The notes: generated by a model from the letters alone, not told the origin. A DNA stretch of 62,465 nt from Candidatus Promineifilaceae bacterium (GCA_041745395.1 JBGTIZ010000183.1:1-62465), one strand, 5' to 3'; positions 33,108 through 43,841 are shown, counted from the stretch's first letter. Made by a program: numbers and translations.

Positions 33108-36100
33108 CAAATCCTTCTTCCACGGCGGCGACATAGCTGGTCTGGATGCGCAACTCGACTATATCGAAAATTTGGGCATCACCGCCCTGTGGTTAACCCC
33201 AGTCTTTGAAAACCGTCCTACTCAACAAGATGGCTCCACCAGCTTTGGCATTGGTGGGGCGTATCATGGGTATTGGATCCAAGACTTTGAAGGGATTGAC
33301 CCCCATCTGGGCACAGAGCAAGAGGTGATTGACTTCATATCCGCCGCCCACGTGCGGGGAATCAAAGTTTTCTTTGACATTGTGGCGAACCACACGGCCG
33401 ATTACATCATCTACGCCGAAGGTCAATACAGCTACCGCGACAAAGAGACTTACCCCTTCCGCGATGCTGATGGCAACCCGTTTGACGATCTCGATTACGT
33501 CAACGACCCCAACTTCCCCGCGCTGGATCCCGCTATCAGCTTCCCCTATACCCCCGTCTTTGCCGACCCCAACCACGCCACGATTAAAAATCCTGCTTGG
33601 CTGAATGATGTCACCCTGTATCACAATCGCGGGGACTCCACCTTTGCTGGTGAAAGCTCGCTTTACGGGGATTTCTTCGGCTTGGATGACCTCTTCACGG
33701 CGCATCCCGACGTGGTGGCGGGCTTTACTGATATTTTCACCAACGCCATCGCTACCTATGACATTGATGGGTATCGCGTAGACACGGTAAAGCATGTCAA
33801 CCCTGAATTTTGGGAAGCGTTGGTTCCCGTGGTGATGGATTACGCCGCCAATAACGGCAAGCCGGACTTCTTCATCTTTGGGGAAGTGTTTGACGGCAAC
33901 CCGGCCGTGTTGAGCCAATTCACCACTGATTTGCCCTTCCCCAGCGTGCTGGACTTTGGGCTACACGGCACGGCCAACAGCTTTGCCGCTAATAACTCGG
34001 CCACCAATAATCTGCGCGATTTCTTTGCCAATGATGACTATTTCACCGATGCGGACAGCAATGCCTATCTGCTGGCGAACTTCATCAGTAACCATGATGT
34101 CGGCCGTATCGGGCGCAACATTGTCAACAGCAACGGCTCTGAAATGGATGCAAGCTGGGTGAGTCGCTCTGAACTTGGTCACGCGCTGATGTATTTTGCG
34201 CGTGGGTTCCCCGTGGTGTACTACGGGGATGAGCAAGGCTTCACGGGCGGCGGCGGCGACAAAGATGCTCGCCAAGATATGTTCGCTAGCCAAGTCACCG
34301 AGTATGACCTGTATGAAATGATTGGGACGAATGCCCAATATAGTGATAGCAACTTTGACGAAACGCACCCGCTGTTTGGGACGTTGGCGGATTATGCGGC
34401 TGTCTTGAATAACCATGAAGCTCTGCGGCGTGGGGCGCAAATCCATCGCTATAGCCAAGCGTCGGCTGGGGTGTATGCGTTCTCCCGCATTGACCGGGTG
34501 GAGCAGGTGGAGTATCTGGTGTTGTTGAATAACAGCACCAGCAATGCGGCTGTCAGCGTGCCGACTTGGTCGTTGAGTACGGGTTTCACGGCCGTGTATC
34601 CCCTCTCTGCCGCCCCCATCACCGCTGGCGCCAACGGTGACGTGTCCGTGACCGTGCCCGCCCTCGGCGTGCAAATCTACCGCGCCGACGCCATTTTGCC
34701 CGCCAGCGTCACTCCTCCCGCTAACCCCGTCTTCAACACCTTGGGCAATAACCTGCTGGCTAACCAACAGGTTTCCGGCCGTGTTGAAGTCGGCGTGGCC
34801 CTCGACGCAGACCGCTTCGCCGAAGTGACCTTCGCCGTTAGCATTGACGGGGCGCCCTACGAAGTGATTGGGACAGATACCAATGCTCCCTATCGCGTCT
34901 TTTACGACGTGAGTCATTTACCCGCTGACACGACGCTCCGCTTCAAAGCGACCGTCCATGACTTGCTCTATCCCGACCCAGAATATGGTGTCGCTACCAT
35001 CTCCGTCGTGACCACCGAGCCAGTCGAACCTGGCTCAGGTGACTACTTTATCTTCCATTACTATCGCCCCGACGGGGACTATGGCGACTTCAGTAGCAAC
35101 GACTACAACGACTTCTGGGGTCTTCACCTCTGGGGCGACGCCATTGACCCCACCGAACTACCCACATGGACAGAGCCGCGCAAATTCACAGGCTTTGACA
35201 GCTACGGCGCGTTCTTGGCCGTCCGTTTGGTGGATGACACTCAGAATGTGAACTTTATTATTCACCGAGGTGATACCAAAGACACGGATGCGGATAGATC
35301 GTTTGACCCGGCCGTGGCTAAAGAAATTTGGCTGGTCGCTGGCGACCCGAACGCCTACACCTCTGCCGCCGAAGCGTTGCAACAAACCCTCGTCCATTAC
35401 CAACGGGACGATGATGATTACACCGATTGGGGCCTGCACCTCTGGCAAGATGGCAATCCATCATTGACCAATTGGCCAGACCGCCACATGGTAGACAGCT
35501 ACGACGATTTTGGCGCAGTCTACTCCATCACCGTGGCGCAGTACCCCACCTTGACTTTGAGCAGTGGCCTCAACTTCATCATTCATGACGGCATGGGAAC
35601 ACAAGACCCCACCCGTACCTACACCCCCACCGTGAACTACGAAGTGTGGGTGCGCGACGGCCGTGATAATTTGTACACTCAAGAAGGGGCGGCCATTGGT
35701 GATTTCGGTGTAGCGACCATCCATTACCATCGTTGCTTTGGCGACTATGGGGATTACGACAGCACCGACTACAACGACTTCTGGGGCTTGCACACCTGGG
35801 GCGCGGCTCCCGACCCCGGTTGGACAACGCCTCGCAAGCCCGCTGGCACAGATGAATTTGGCGTTTATTTTGAAGTGACGCTCACCAATGATAGTGGCAC
35901 TTTGAACTACATCCTGCATCGGGGCGACGAAAAAGATGTTGACCCCGACCAATCGCTCAACCTGAACAGTACGGGGTATGAAATTTGGATTGTTCAGAAT
36001 GATGACGGCTTCCAGCACGTCTCCCCCGCTATTGCTCACAACGTGATTGGGCAAGTGTGTGGTGGTGCAGGCGATATTACCCAGCAACGCGCTTACTGGC

Positions 36101-39100
36101 TCAGTGAAGAGACAATCGGTTGGCAAGCATCGGCTGTGCCTGCTGACATTGCCGAGTATCGTCTTTACTACGATGCCAACGCCGGCATTACGCTCGGCCA
36201 AGCAGGTATCAGCGGTGGTAGCTACATCACCCTGACTCTTGACCCCGGTGGCCTAAGTGGCGACATTGTGGCGAAGTTCCCCCATTTGACGGGCTTGCCC
36301 GCTTTGGCGATTGGGGCGGCTGATTTGGCTCTTGTGCCCGATATGCTCAAGGGGCAATTTGTTATCGCCGCGTATGATAGTGGGGGCGAGGTACTCGACG
36401 CGACTGGGTTGCAAATTCCAGGCGTGTTGGATGACCTGTACACCTACACTGGTGAGTTAGGGGTGGTCTGGGATGGCACAACACCCAGCGTCCATTTGTG
36501 GGCGCCCACCGCGCAAAATGTGACCTTCCATCTGTTTGCCGACAGCGCTCCCGCGACGACCAGCACGACGTATACCATGACGTGGGATGCGGCGACAGGC
36601 GTCTGGAGCGTGATGGGTGAACCAAGTTGGGATGAGCAATATTACCTGTTCGAGATTGATGTGTTTGCGCCCACCACGGGCAACATCGAAACGAACATTG
36701 TGACTGACCCATATGCCGTCAGCTTGGCGATGAACAGCACGCGGAGCCAAATCCTAGATTTGAGCGATGCAGACTGGGCGCCTGCGGGTTGGGACACGCT
36801 GACCAAGCCTGAATTGGTCGGTCCGCAAGACATCTCGATTTACGAAGTGCACGTGCGTGACTTCAGCGCGTTTGATGAAAGCGTGCCCGCAGATGAGCGC
36901 GGCACGTTCAAGGCGTTTACCTACACGGATACCAACGGGATGAGCCATCTGCTCAGCCTAGCGGATGCGGGTATGACCCATCTGCATCTGTTGCCTGTGT
37001 TTGATATTGCCACGATTGATGAAGACAAAACGACGTGGCAGACGCCAGATTATGACCTGTTAGCCAGCTTGCCGCCGACCTCGACGCAACAGCAGGCGGC
37101 TATTAACGCCATTCGGGATATGGATGCGTTTAACTGGGGATATGATCCCTTCCATTACAACGTGCCCGAAGGTAGCTACAGCACTGACCCAGACGGCCCG
37201 ACGCGCATCATTGAGTTCCGCGAGATGGTGCAAGCGGTGAATGAACAAGGTCTGCGGCTGGTGGTGGACGTGGTTTATAACCATACCAACGCTGGTGGTC
37301 AGGCAGAGAAATCTGTCTTGGATAAAGTAGTGCCTGGGTATTACCATCGCCTAAATGCCATTGGGCAGATTGAAAGCAGTACCTGCTGTGCCAACACGGC
37401 CACGGAACACGCGATGATGGAGAAACTCATGGTTGACTCCATTGTCTTGTGGGCGGTTCAGTACAAGGTGGATTCCTTCCGCTTTGACCTGATGGGCCAC
37501 CATATGAAGAGCAACATGCTGGCCGTGCGCGACGCGCTGGATGCGCTGACCCTTGAGGAAGATGGCGTAGATGGTTCGGCTATCTATGTGTATGGCGAGG
37601 GTTGGAACTTTGGCGAGGTGGAGAATGATGCGCGGGGCGTGAACGCGACCCAACTGAACATGGCGGATACGGGGATTGGCACGTTTAGTGACCGTCTGCG
37701 TGACGCGGTGCGCGGTGGTGGCCCCTTCGACAATGGGGAAACTCTGAAGACGCAAGGGTTTGCCAATGGGTTGTTCTATGACCCGAATGATTTGAATCAG
37801 CCCGATGCTTTGGCGCGGCTGTTGCTGTACAGTGACCAGATTCGGGTCGGTATGGCTGGCAATCTGGCTGATTATGAGTTTGTGGACCGTTCAGGCAATA
37901 CGGTGACGGGGGCTGACGTGGATTACAACGGCCAACCAGCGGGGTATACCGCACGGCCGTATGAAGCGATCACCTACATCTCCAAGCATGACAACCAGAC
38001 TCTGTATGACATCAACGTGTATGGCCTGCCGGCTGAAACGACGATGGATGAGCGGGTGCGGGCGCAGATTGTCGGTCTTAGCACCGTCGCTCTGGGTCAG
38101 GGTGTGCCCTTCTTCCACGCGGGGAGCGAGATGTTGCGCTCCAAGTCGCTAGACCGGGATAGTTATAACTCGGGCGACTGGTTCAATCGCTTGGACTACA
38201 CCTACCAGACCAACAATTTTGGCGTTGGTTTGCCGATTGCGGAAAAGAATGAGGAAAATTGGCCGATTATGGTTCCGTACTTGGCTGACCCCGCGCTCGT
38301 AGCGGAGGAGATTGCCATTGTGCGGACGACGGCCATGTTTGAGGAGCTGTTGCAGGTGCGGTATAGCTCGCCGCTGTTCCGACTGGGCACGGCCGCGCTG
38401 GTGCAAGAGCGAGTGGCGTTCCACAACACGGGGCCAAGCCAGTTGCCGGGCCTGCTGGTGATGAGCATCAGCGATATGGTTGGGGCGGATTTAGACCCGA
38501 ATCATGAGTTGATTGTGGCGCTGATTAATGCCAATGATGAGGCGCAGACGTTTACGGAAGCGGCTTTGATTGGGGCGGATTTGGTTCTGCATCCTGTGTT
38601 GGCTGATTCGATAGACGACGTGGTGAAGACGACGACGTTTAACGAAACGACTGGTTCGTTTGTGGTTCCGGGTCGCACCACGGCCGTGTTTGTGGTCGAG
38701 CAAGAGCAACTGCCTCAAGCGACGTTGGTTGTCACGGAAGACGGCGTGGCTTTGGTGAATGGGGTCAGCGAGATTGACTTCATGACCACCGAGGTTGGGT
38801 CGGCTGTGGCGAAAACGTTCACCGTGTCGAATCAAGGCACGGCCGTGTTGAACCTCTCTAACCTAACGGTTACGGGGACTGGTTTCAGCATGGTGAACTT
38901 TGGCAACACGGCCGTGGCTCCTGGTGAATCTACCACCTTCCAAGTCGTGGTAGACGCCGACGCGGCGGGTGCGTACAGCGCTACCGTCAGCTTTGCCCAT
39001 AACGGCGCGACAACGGCCACACCCTTCACCTTCACCGTCATGGGTGAGGTTGAAGAACTGCCCGTGACTGAGTATTACTCATTCTCCCCGATAGTTATTC

Positions 39101-39114
39101 ACACGGCTCCGTAA
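33010..39114 (+). CDS. Amylopullulanase main body: GH13 alpha-amylase domain, three PUD/CBM41-like modules, GH13 pullulanase domain, choice-of-anchor-D-like Ig domain, C-terminal tail
   Basis: Amylase regions: FFDIVANHTA, GYRVDTVKHV, FIFGEVF, FISNHDVGR. PUD-like modules: IFHYYRPDGDYGD...FWGLHLWG, LVHYQRDDDDYTDWGLHLWQ, TIHYHRCFGDYGD...FWGLHTWG. Pullulanase regions: NWGYDPFHYNVPEGSY, VVDVVYNHT, SFRFDLMGHH, YGEGWNFGE, YISKHDNQT. The real reading frame is entered from 32232..33107 near 33060-33080; the track's N-terminus MSCLTGLKMATP is an artefact. Confidence 0.85.
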   Translation: MSCLTGLKMATPAITKAPPPAEPLTETGYLPNDKSFFHGGDIAGLDAQLDYIENLGITALWLTPVFENRPTQQDGSTSFGIGGAYHGYWIQDFEGIDPHLGTEQEVIDFISAAHVRGIKVFFDIVANHTADYIIYAEGQYSYRDKETYPFRDADGNPFDDLDYVNDPNFPALDPAISFPYTPVFADPNHATIKNPAWLNDVTLYHNRGDSTFAGESSLYGDFFGLDDLFTAHPDVVAGFTDIFTNAIATYDIDGYRVDTVKHVNPEFWEALVPVVMDYAANNGKPDFFIFGEVFDGNPAVLSQFTTDLPFPSVLDFGLHGTANSFAANNSATNNLRDFFANDDYFTDADSNAYLLANFISNHDVGRIGRNIVNSNGSEMDASWVSRSELGHALMYFARGFPVVYYGDEQGFTGGGGDKDARQDMFASQVTEYDLYEMIGTNAQYSDSNFDETHPLFGTLADYAAVLNNHEALRRGAQIHRYSQASAGVYAFSRIDRVEQVEYLVLLNNSTSNAAVSVPTWSLSTGFTAVYPLSAAPITAGANGDVSVTVPALGVQIYRADAILPASVTPPANPVFNTLGNNLLANQQVSGRVEVGVALDADRFAEVTFAVSIDGAPYEVIGTDTNAPYRVFYDVSHLPADTTLRFKATVHDLLYPDPEYGVATISVVTTEPVEPGSGDYFIFHYYRPDGDYGDFSSNDYNDFWGLHLWGDAIDPTELPTWTEPRKFTGFDSYGAFLAVRLVDDTQNVNFIIHRGDTKDTDADRSFDPAVAKEIWLVAGDPNAYTSAAEALQQTLVHYQRDDDDYTDWGLHLWQDGNPSLTNWPDRHMVDSYDDFGAVYSITVAQYPTLTLSSGLNFIIHDGMGTQDPTRTYTPTVNYEVWVRDGRDNLYTQEGAAIGDFGVATIHYHRCFGDYGDYDSTDYNDFWGLHTWGAAPDPGWTTPRKPAGTDEFGVYFEVTLTNDSGTLNYILHRGDEKDVDPDQSLNLNSTGYEIWIVQNDDGFQHVSPAIAHNVIGQVCGGAGDITQQRAYWLSEETIGWQASAVPADIAEYRLYYDANAGITLGQAGISGGSYITLTLDPGGLSGDIVAKFPHLTGLPALAIGAADLALVPDMLKGQFVIAAYDSGGEVLDATGLQIPGVLDDLYTYTGELGVVWDGTTPSVHLWAPTAQNVTFHLFADSAPATTSTTYTMTWDAATGVWSVMGEPSWDEQYYLFEIDVFAPTTGNIETNIVTDPYAVSLAMNSTRSQILDLSDADWAPAGWDTLTKPELVGPQDISIYEVHVRDFSAFDESVPADERGTFKAFTYTDTNGMSHLLSLADAGMTHLHLLPVFDIATIDEDKTTWQTPDYDLLASLPPTSTQQQAAINAIRDMDAFNWGYDPFHYNVPEGSYSTDPDGPTRIIEFREMVQAVNEQGLRLVVDVVYNHTNAGGQAEKSVLDKVVPGYYHRLNAIGQIESSTCCANTATEHAMMEKLMVDSIVLWAVQYKVDSFRFDLMGHHMKSNMLAVRDALDALTLEEDGVDGSAIYVYGEGWNFGEVENDARGVNATQLNMADTGIGTFSDRLRDAVRGGGPFDNGETLKTQGFANGLFYDPNDLNQPDALARLLLYSDQIRVGMAGNLADYEFVDRSGNTVTGADVDYNGQPAGYTARPYEAITYISKHDNQTLYDINVYGLPAETTMDERVRAQIVGLSTVALGQGVPFFHAGSEMLRSKSLDRDSYNSGDWFNRLDYTYQTNNFGVGLPIAEKNEENWPIMVPYLADPALVAEEIAIVRTTAMFEELLQVRYSSPLFRLGTAALVQERVAFHNTGPSQLPGLLVMSISDMVGADLDPNHELIVALINANDEAQTFTEAALIGADLVLHPVLADSIDDVVKTTTFNETTGSFVVPGRTTAVFVVEQEQLPQATLVVTEDGVALVNGVSEIDFMTTEVGSAVAKTFTVSNQGTAVLNLSNLTVTGTGFSMVNFGNTAVAPGESTTFQVVVDADAAGAYSATVSFAHNGATTATPFTFTVMGEVEELPVTEYYSFSPIVIHTAP

Positions 39115-39174
39115 CTAGCCTGTTGGTGCAGGCATCCACTTTTTGCCTGCTTGTTTTATTCATGAAACAAAATG

Positions 39175-39213
39175 CGCTCCCGTTGACCGGTCACAGTCAG
39201 CGGGAGCGTTTTT
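39175..39213 (+). terminator. Rho-independent terminator of the amylopullulanase gene
   Basis: CGCTCCCG (39175-39182) pairs with CGGGAGCG (39201-39208), with extra TTGAC/GTCAG pairing, followed by TTTTT (39209-39213). Confidence 0.65.
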
Positions 39214-39346
39214 GTTGCCAATGTGTTAGCGGCGCACTTCAGCTATAATGGCTACCTATTGATTTTGATTGATGTTGGCGCGATTGGTGCAAACGAGCGC
39301 ATCGCGTATTTCTAAGGCACCCTTTAAGAGGTTGAAAACTTATCTT

Positions 39347-40006
39347 ATGAGTAAAAAAGAGTTTGCCGTGATTGGTCTCGGCCGTTTTGGCAGTAGTGTC
39401 GCACTGACTGTCGAGTCACACGGCTATCCTGTGCTGGGTATTGATGTAAACCCGGACTTCGTACAAAAATATGCCCATTTGCTGACGCACGCGGTTGTTT
39501 TGGATGCAACCAGCGTGGAGGCTCTCAAGGCCGTAGACATTGCCTCTTTTGATACGGTCGTGGTGGCGATTGGCTCTGATTTTGAAAACAGCCTGATGAC
39601 GGTCGTGTCGTTAAAAGAGCTTGGCGTAAGGCATGTGGTTGCCAAATCCCCGACCGAGCGGCAGAAAAGCATTCTCATGCGCGTGGGGGCGGACAGAGTG
39701 ATTCGCCCTGAGCATGAGTCGGGTAAACGGCTGGCTGACTCTCTCATTACGCCACATATGCTGGAGCATTTTGGGCTGGGGCCGGACACCGATTATGGGA
39801 TTGCTGAGTTTATTGTGCCAGATAGCTTGGCCTGCCAAAGCTTGCGTCAGGCGAATATTCGGCAACGGTTTGGGCTGAATGTGCTGGTAATTAAGCGGGG
39901 TAAACAGGTCATTGTCTCGCCGCCAGCGGATACGATTTTACAGCCGAAAGATATTTTGATTGTGCTGGGGCATGATGGGGATATTGAACGCTTTTCTCGT
40001 TTTTAA
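39347..40006 (+). CDS. ktrA: KtrA/TrkA-type K+ uptake regulatory subunit (RCK, NAD-binding)
   Basis: MSKKEFAVIGLGRFGSSVA (GxGxxG Rossmann motif) plus a TrkA-C segment. At 219 aa it fits KtrA. I prefer ATG 39347 over the track's 39269. A perfect TATAAT sits at 39244-39249. Confidence 0.8.
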   Translation: MSKKEFAVIGLGRFGSSVALTVESHGYPVLGIDVNPDFVQKYAHLLTHAVVLDATSVEALKAVDIASFDTVVVAIGSDFENSLMTVVSLKELGVRHVVAKSPTERQKSILMRVGADRVIRPEHESGKRLADSLITPHMLEHFGLGPDTDYGIAEFIVPDSLACQSLRQANIRQRFGLNVLVIKRGKQVIVSPPADTILQPKDILIVLGHDGDIERFSRF

Positions 40007-40024
40007 GACAGGGTTGGCACAATA

Positions 40025-41470
40025 ATGAGTTCATCTTTTACCCCGCCTCCGCCCTCGCCGAAGCGGCGTTCATGGCGGAGCAGATTGCTGAATCTGTTCC
40101 GCGACCCGCGCGAGAGCGAGACAATTCGTAAGTTCCCAGCGGCGATGCGCATTGTGCTGGGGCTGGTTATTTTGATTGTGCTAGGCACGAATTTGCTAAT
40201 GTTGCCGCCGATGCAGGCGACGGGGAGTGAGTTTGGTCTGTCGGAGGCGTTCTTCACGGCCGTGTCCGCGCTTACCGTCACGGGGCTGAGTGTGATAACG
40301 GCGGGCACAGACCTGACCTTTGCAGGGCAATTGGTGTTACTGGGGCTGATTCAGGTAGGGGGGGTGGGGTATATGTTTATCGCTTCGGCTATGATGCGGC
40401 TGATTGGGCGGCGCATCTCTTTGCTAGACCGGTTGGCACTGTCTAATTCGCTGGGGTTGAGTACGCCCGAGGCGATTTTGCGGATTTTGCGCTATGTGCT
40501 GGTCGGTATTTTGGTGACAGAGGCGATAGGCACGGCCGTGTTGTATATCCATTGGAGCGTGAACGATATTGTGCCCGCCGACCGTCGCCTCTTTTTTGCT
40601 CTTTTTCACGCTATTTCTGCCTTTTGCAACGCTGGGTTTGACCTTTTTGGCGGCCAGCCAGACCTGTTTCCCATTGGGGTTCCTCAAGATGACATCACGC
40701 TGATTATTTTGGGCATTCTTATCTTTTTTGGTGGCCTCGGTATTCCTATTTTGTCAGAATTATTGACCTGGCGGCCAAAGCATCGCTGGTCACTGCATAC
40801 CAAAGTGAACATGTTGGTCATTGCCATTTTGTTGCTGGTGGGCTGGGCGGGTATTTGGCTGGCGGAGACGCAATCAGCGGCAGGGGTGTTGGTGACACGG
40901 CCGTGGTACAGTCAACTCGTGCAGGCTCTCTTCCAATCTGTCTCGGCTCGCACGGCCGGGTTTGCGGGACTGCCCACCTTTGACCAAATCACCCCCGCTA
41001 CTCAGCTTTTGATTTTGGTGCTCATGTTTATCGGCTGTGCCCCCGCCTCGATGGGGGGGGGCATCACCACGGGCACATTTAGCGTCATTGGGCTAATGTT
41101 GTCTGGCTATGCGCGGAATCATGATTACACGCAAGCGTTTGGGCGGCGCATTTCCGCCAATACCGTGCGGCGGGCGGGGGCGGTGCTGGCGATTTCCGTG
41201 GGGCTGGTCATGCTGTCCACCTTCCTTATCTTGTTAACCCATCCAACCCTGCGGCTAGATATGGCTCTGTTTGAGGTGGTGTCGGCCTTTGCCACATGTG
41301 GCTTGTCGTTGGGCGTGACTGGTGAACTCAACGAGTTTGGGCGGCTGATTATTGCCCTGATGATGTTTTGGGGACGGCTGGGCGCGTTGACGATTGTGAT
41401 TGCCGTCTCCCAAGTTCATCCCACCCCGCAGTTGGTATCTTACCCGGAAGAGTCAATTTTGATTGGGTAG
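40025..41470 (+). CDS. ktrB: TrkH/KtrB-family K+ transporter membrane subunit
   Basis: 481 aa. It has repeated M1-P-M2 units with pore-loop glycines (ALTVTGLS, AFCNAGFDLF, ARTAGFA, FATCGLSLG). Confidence 0.85.
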   Translation: MSSSFTPPPPSPKRRSWRSRLLNLFRDPRESETIRKFPAAMRIVLGLVILIVLGTNLLMLPPMQATGSEFGLSEAFFTAVSALTVTGLSVITAGTDLTFAGQLVLLGLIQVGGVGYMFIASAMMRLIGRRISLLDRLALSNSLGLSTPEAILRILRYVLVGILVTEAIGTAVLYIHWSVNDIVPADRRLFFALFHAISAFCNAGFDLFGGQPDLFPIGVPQDDITLIILGILIFFGGLGIPILSELLTWRPKHRWSLHTKVNMLVIAILLLVGWAGIWLAETQSAAGVLVTRPWYSQLVQALFQSVSARTAGFAGLPTFDQITPATQLLILVLMFIGCAPASMGGGITTGTFSVIGLMLSGYARNHDYTQAFGRRISANTVRRAGAVLAISVGLVMLSTFLILLTHPTLRLDMALFEVVSAFATCGLSLGVTGELNEFGRLIIALMMFWGRLGALTIVIAVSQVHPTPQLVSYPEESILIG

Positions 41471-41570
41471 GAACAAGGTGCATGGTGCAAGGTGCAGGGG
41501 GCAAAAAATTGGCCGCTGGCTGAGCTTGTCGAAGCCAACCGACTGAATGAGTGACTGAGAGAGTAAAAAA

Positions 41571-42215
41571 ATGACGCTTCAAATACATCAATATGAATTA
41601 GGTAATTACGACAATTTTGTTTATATCTTGGCCGATAGCGCGACGGGGGAAGCGGCCGTGGTTGACCCCGCGTGGGATGTGCCGTTTTTGCTGGCTGAAT
41701 GTGAACGGCTAGGCTCTACGCTGACCAAGATTATTCTGACGCACGGCCATATGGATCACATCGAAGGGGTGCCGGCGATGCTGGAAGCGCATCCAGCGTT
41801 GCCCGTGTATCTGTCGGTATATGAAACGAACCCGAACTATCGGCCAGATGTGCCGCGTCTGCTGGATATAGCGGATGGGGATGAGGTGGCGGTGGGTGAG
41901 GTGCGTTTGCGGGCGATTCATACGCCGGGGCATTCGCCGGGCTGTACGAGCTTTTTACACGGCCGTGATCTCATCGCCGGTGACACCCTCTTTATAGATG
42001 GCTGTGGCCGATGCGACCTGCCCGGCAGTGATGTGGAAGCGCAATACCATAGTTTGCACAGCGTGTTATGGGCACTGCCCGACGATACGGTGATTTACCC
42101 TGGCCATGATTATGGGCCGACACCCACGGCCGTGCTGGGCGACCAAAAGCAAAGCAATCCGTATCTGCTAGCGCGAGATAAAGCGGCGTTTGTGCAGTTG
42201 CGAATGGGAGGATAA
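41571..42215 (+). CDS. MBL-fold metallo-hydrolase (glyoxalase-II-like)
   Basis: ILTHGHMDHIEG (HxHxDH), IHTPGHSPG, GDTLFIDGCGR, YPGHDY. Confidence 0.85.
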   Translation: MTLQIHQYELGNYDNFVYILADSATGEAAVVDPAWDVPFLLAECERLGSTLTKIILTHGHMDHIEGVPAMLEAHPALPVYLSVYETNPNYRPDVPRLLDIADGDEVAVGEVRLRAIHTPGHSPGCTSFLHGRDLIAGDTLFIDGCGRCDLPGSDVEAQYHSLHSVLWALPDDTVIYPGHDYGPTPTAVLGDQKQSNPYLLARDKAAFVQLRMGG

Positions 42216-42224
42216 GGAAATCTT

Positions 42225-43169
42225 ATGACGATTGACAGCATGATTCATTTGGAAAAAACGGCGTATGCCGGTTGGGAAAACTGCTACCGCTTTACTAATG
42301 GACTGGTTGAGCTAATTATCACGGCCGATGTCGGGCCGCGCATTTTGCGCTTTGGGTTTGTGGGCGGCGAAAACCAGTTCGCCCAGTTTGCCGAACAGAG
42401 TGGGCAAACGGGCGGGGACGACTGGCGCATTTATGGCGGTCATCGCCTGTGGCACGCGCCCGAAAAGCCGGGGCGGACTTATTACCCCGACAACGCGCCC
42501 GTCACCGTTGAGGCGCAGGATGGGTTGGTGCGCATCACCCAACCCATCGAGCCGACGACGGGTTTGCAGAAAGAGATGGATGTGCGCCTCTGGCTAGATG
42601 AGGCGCAGGTGCGGGTGACGCATCGGCTGATAAATCATAATTTATGGACGGTCGAGGTTGCCCCGTGGGCATTATCGGTGATGGCTCCAGGCGGCACGGC
42701 CGTGGCCCCGCTTCCGCCTCGTTTGCAACACGGCGACACCTTTCTGCCCTCCGCCGCGCTGGTCATTTGGCCTTACACTGACCTGAGCGACCCGCGCTAC
42801 CAGTTTGGGCGTGAGTATATTTTTCTGCACCAAGACCCTGCCCGCGCCACACCGCAAAAAATCGGCCTAGCGGGTGTGCCGGGCTGGGCCGCTTATCAGC
42901 GGGGACATCATTTATTCATCAGTTCATTTGTACCCCAGCCAGATGCGACCTATCCTGATATGGGCAGTCGGCTGGAGTTTTTCACCAATGATCGTATGTT
43001 GGAGGTGGAAACGCTGGGGCCGCTGACCAAGTTGCCGCCACAGGGACAGGTCGAACATATCGAAAAATGGTCGCTGTTTCGTGACGTGCCGCCGTTACAA
43101 GATGACACGGCCGTGGGGGAGCAAATTTTACCCCGCCTGCTGGCCGTGAAACCCCGCGCAGGTGCGTGA
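42225..43169 (+). CDS. Hypothetical protein, possibly galactose-mutarotase-like fold
   Basis: SD GGGAGGA upstream. 314 aa, predicted beta-rich, with WRIYGGHRLWHAPE and LEVETLGPL segments. The fold guess is weak. Confidence 0.5.
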   Translation: MTIDSMIHLEKTAYAGWENCYRFTNGLVELIITADVGPRILRFGFVGGENQFAQFAEQSGQTGGDDWRIYGGHRLWHAPEKPGRTYYPDNAPVTVEAQDGLVRITQPIEPTTGLQKEMDVRLWLDEAQVRVTHRLINHNLWTVEVAPWALSVMAPGGTAVAPLPPRLQHGDTFLPSAALVIWPYTDLSDPRYQFGREYIFLHQDPARATPQKIGLAGVPGWAAYQRGHHLFISSFVPQPDATYPDMGSRLEFFTNDRMLEVETLGPLTKLPPQGQVEHIEKWSLFRDVPPLQDDTAVGEQILPRLLAVKPRAGA

Positions 43170-43189
43170 TTTATTTATTAAGAAGCAGG

Positions 43190-43264
43190 CTCTCGCCAAG
43201 ACGCAGAGGAGCAAAGAGAAGACCCGCCCCTTTTCGTCCTTCTTCCCTCGTCCTTCGTCCTTTG
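43190..43264. repeat. Short copy of the intergenic dispersed repeat seen at 27969-28093
   Basis: CTCTCGCCAAGACGCAGAGGAGCAAAGAGAAGACCCGCCCCTTTTCGTCCTTCTTCCCTCGTCCTTCGTCCTTTG aligns end-to-end with the reverse complement of the 27969-28093 copy, minus its internal ~50 nt. Confidence 0.6.
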
Positions 43265-43295
43265 ATAGTTTACTGATCCAACTTGGAGAAAAAAC

Positions 43296-43721
43296 ATGGC
43301 TGACTTAAAAACCAAACCTACCAAAAATGATGTTGAAGTGTATCTGGAGCAGGTCGAAGATGAAAAACGACGCGCTGATAGTTTTGAATTACTGACCCTA
43401 ATGGCCGAAGCAACTGGCTACGAAGGGCAGATGTGGGGCAATAGCATCGTCGGCTTTGGGCAGTATCATTACAAATATAAGAGCGGCCGCGAGGGGGAGT
43501 GGTTTTTGGTCGGTTTTGCGCCGCGCAAGCAGAAGCTGACCCTGTATATTATGTCTGGCTTTGAAGCGTATGATGGATTGCTGGCCAAGCTGGGCAAGCA
43601 TAAAACGGGTAAATCTTGTCTTTATTTAAACAAGCTGGCGGACGTGGACACGGCCGTGTTAAAAGACCTCATCGCCCAATCCGTCGCCCACATGCAAGCC
43701 ACCTATCCCACCACTCCCTAA
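43296..43721 (+). CDS. DUF1801 (YdhG-like) domain protein
   Basis: KPTKNDVEVYLEQVEDEKRRADSFELLTLMAEATGYEGQMWGNSIVGFGQYHYKYKSGREGEWFLVGFAPRKQKLTLYI. Confidence 0.75.
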   Translation: MADLKTKPTKNDVEVYLEQVEDEKRRADSFELLTLMAEATGYEGQMWGNSIVGFGQYHYKYKSGREGEWFLVGFAPRKQKLTLYIMSGFEAYDGLLAKLGKHKTGKSCLYLNKLADVDTAVLKDLIAQSVAHMQATYPTTP

Positions 43722-43765
43722 CACCTGCGCCGCTTGCAAGTTAAGAAACAGATCGGTAAACGAGT

Positions 43766-43841
43766 AAAAAGTGAAAGGTCAGAAGTAAGAAGTAGCTGGG
43801 CAACCAGTCGCCCACTTCTTACTTTTCACGTCTTACTTCTT
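43766..43841. repeat. Heptamer-array hairpin (RARAAGT family)
   Basis: AAAAAGT GAAAGGT CAGAAGT AAGAAGT (43766-43793) faces ACTTCTT ACTTTTC ACGTCTT ACTTCTT (43814-43841). It lies in the intergenic region after the DUF1801 gene. Confidence 0.65.

Noticed and set aside
39214-39346. Possible c-di-AMP (ydaO/kimA-type) riboswitch upstream of ktrA, as found before ktrAB in Bacillus.
   Set aside because: I could not find the pseudo-symmetric conserved ACGGGGA / CCCGA / GGGGUGAAUC-type blocks, and the spacer is too short and too AT-rich. Only a TATAAT box (39244-39249) is notable. A covariance-model scan would settle it.
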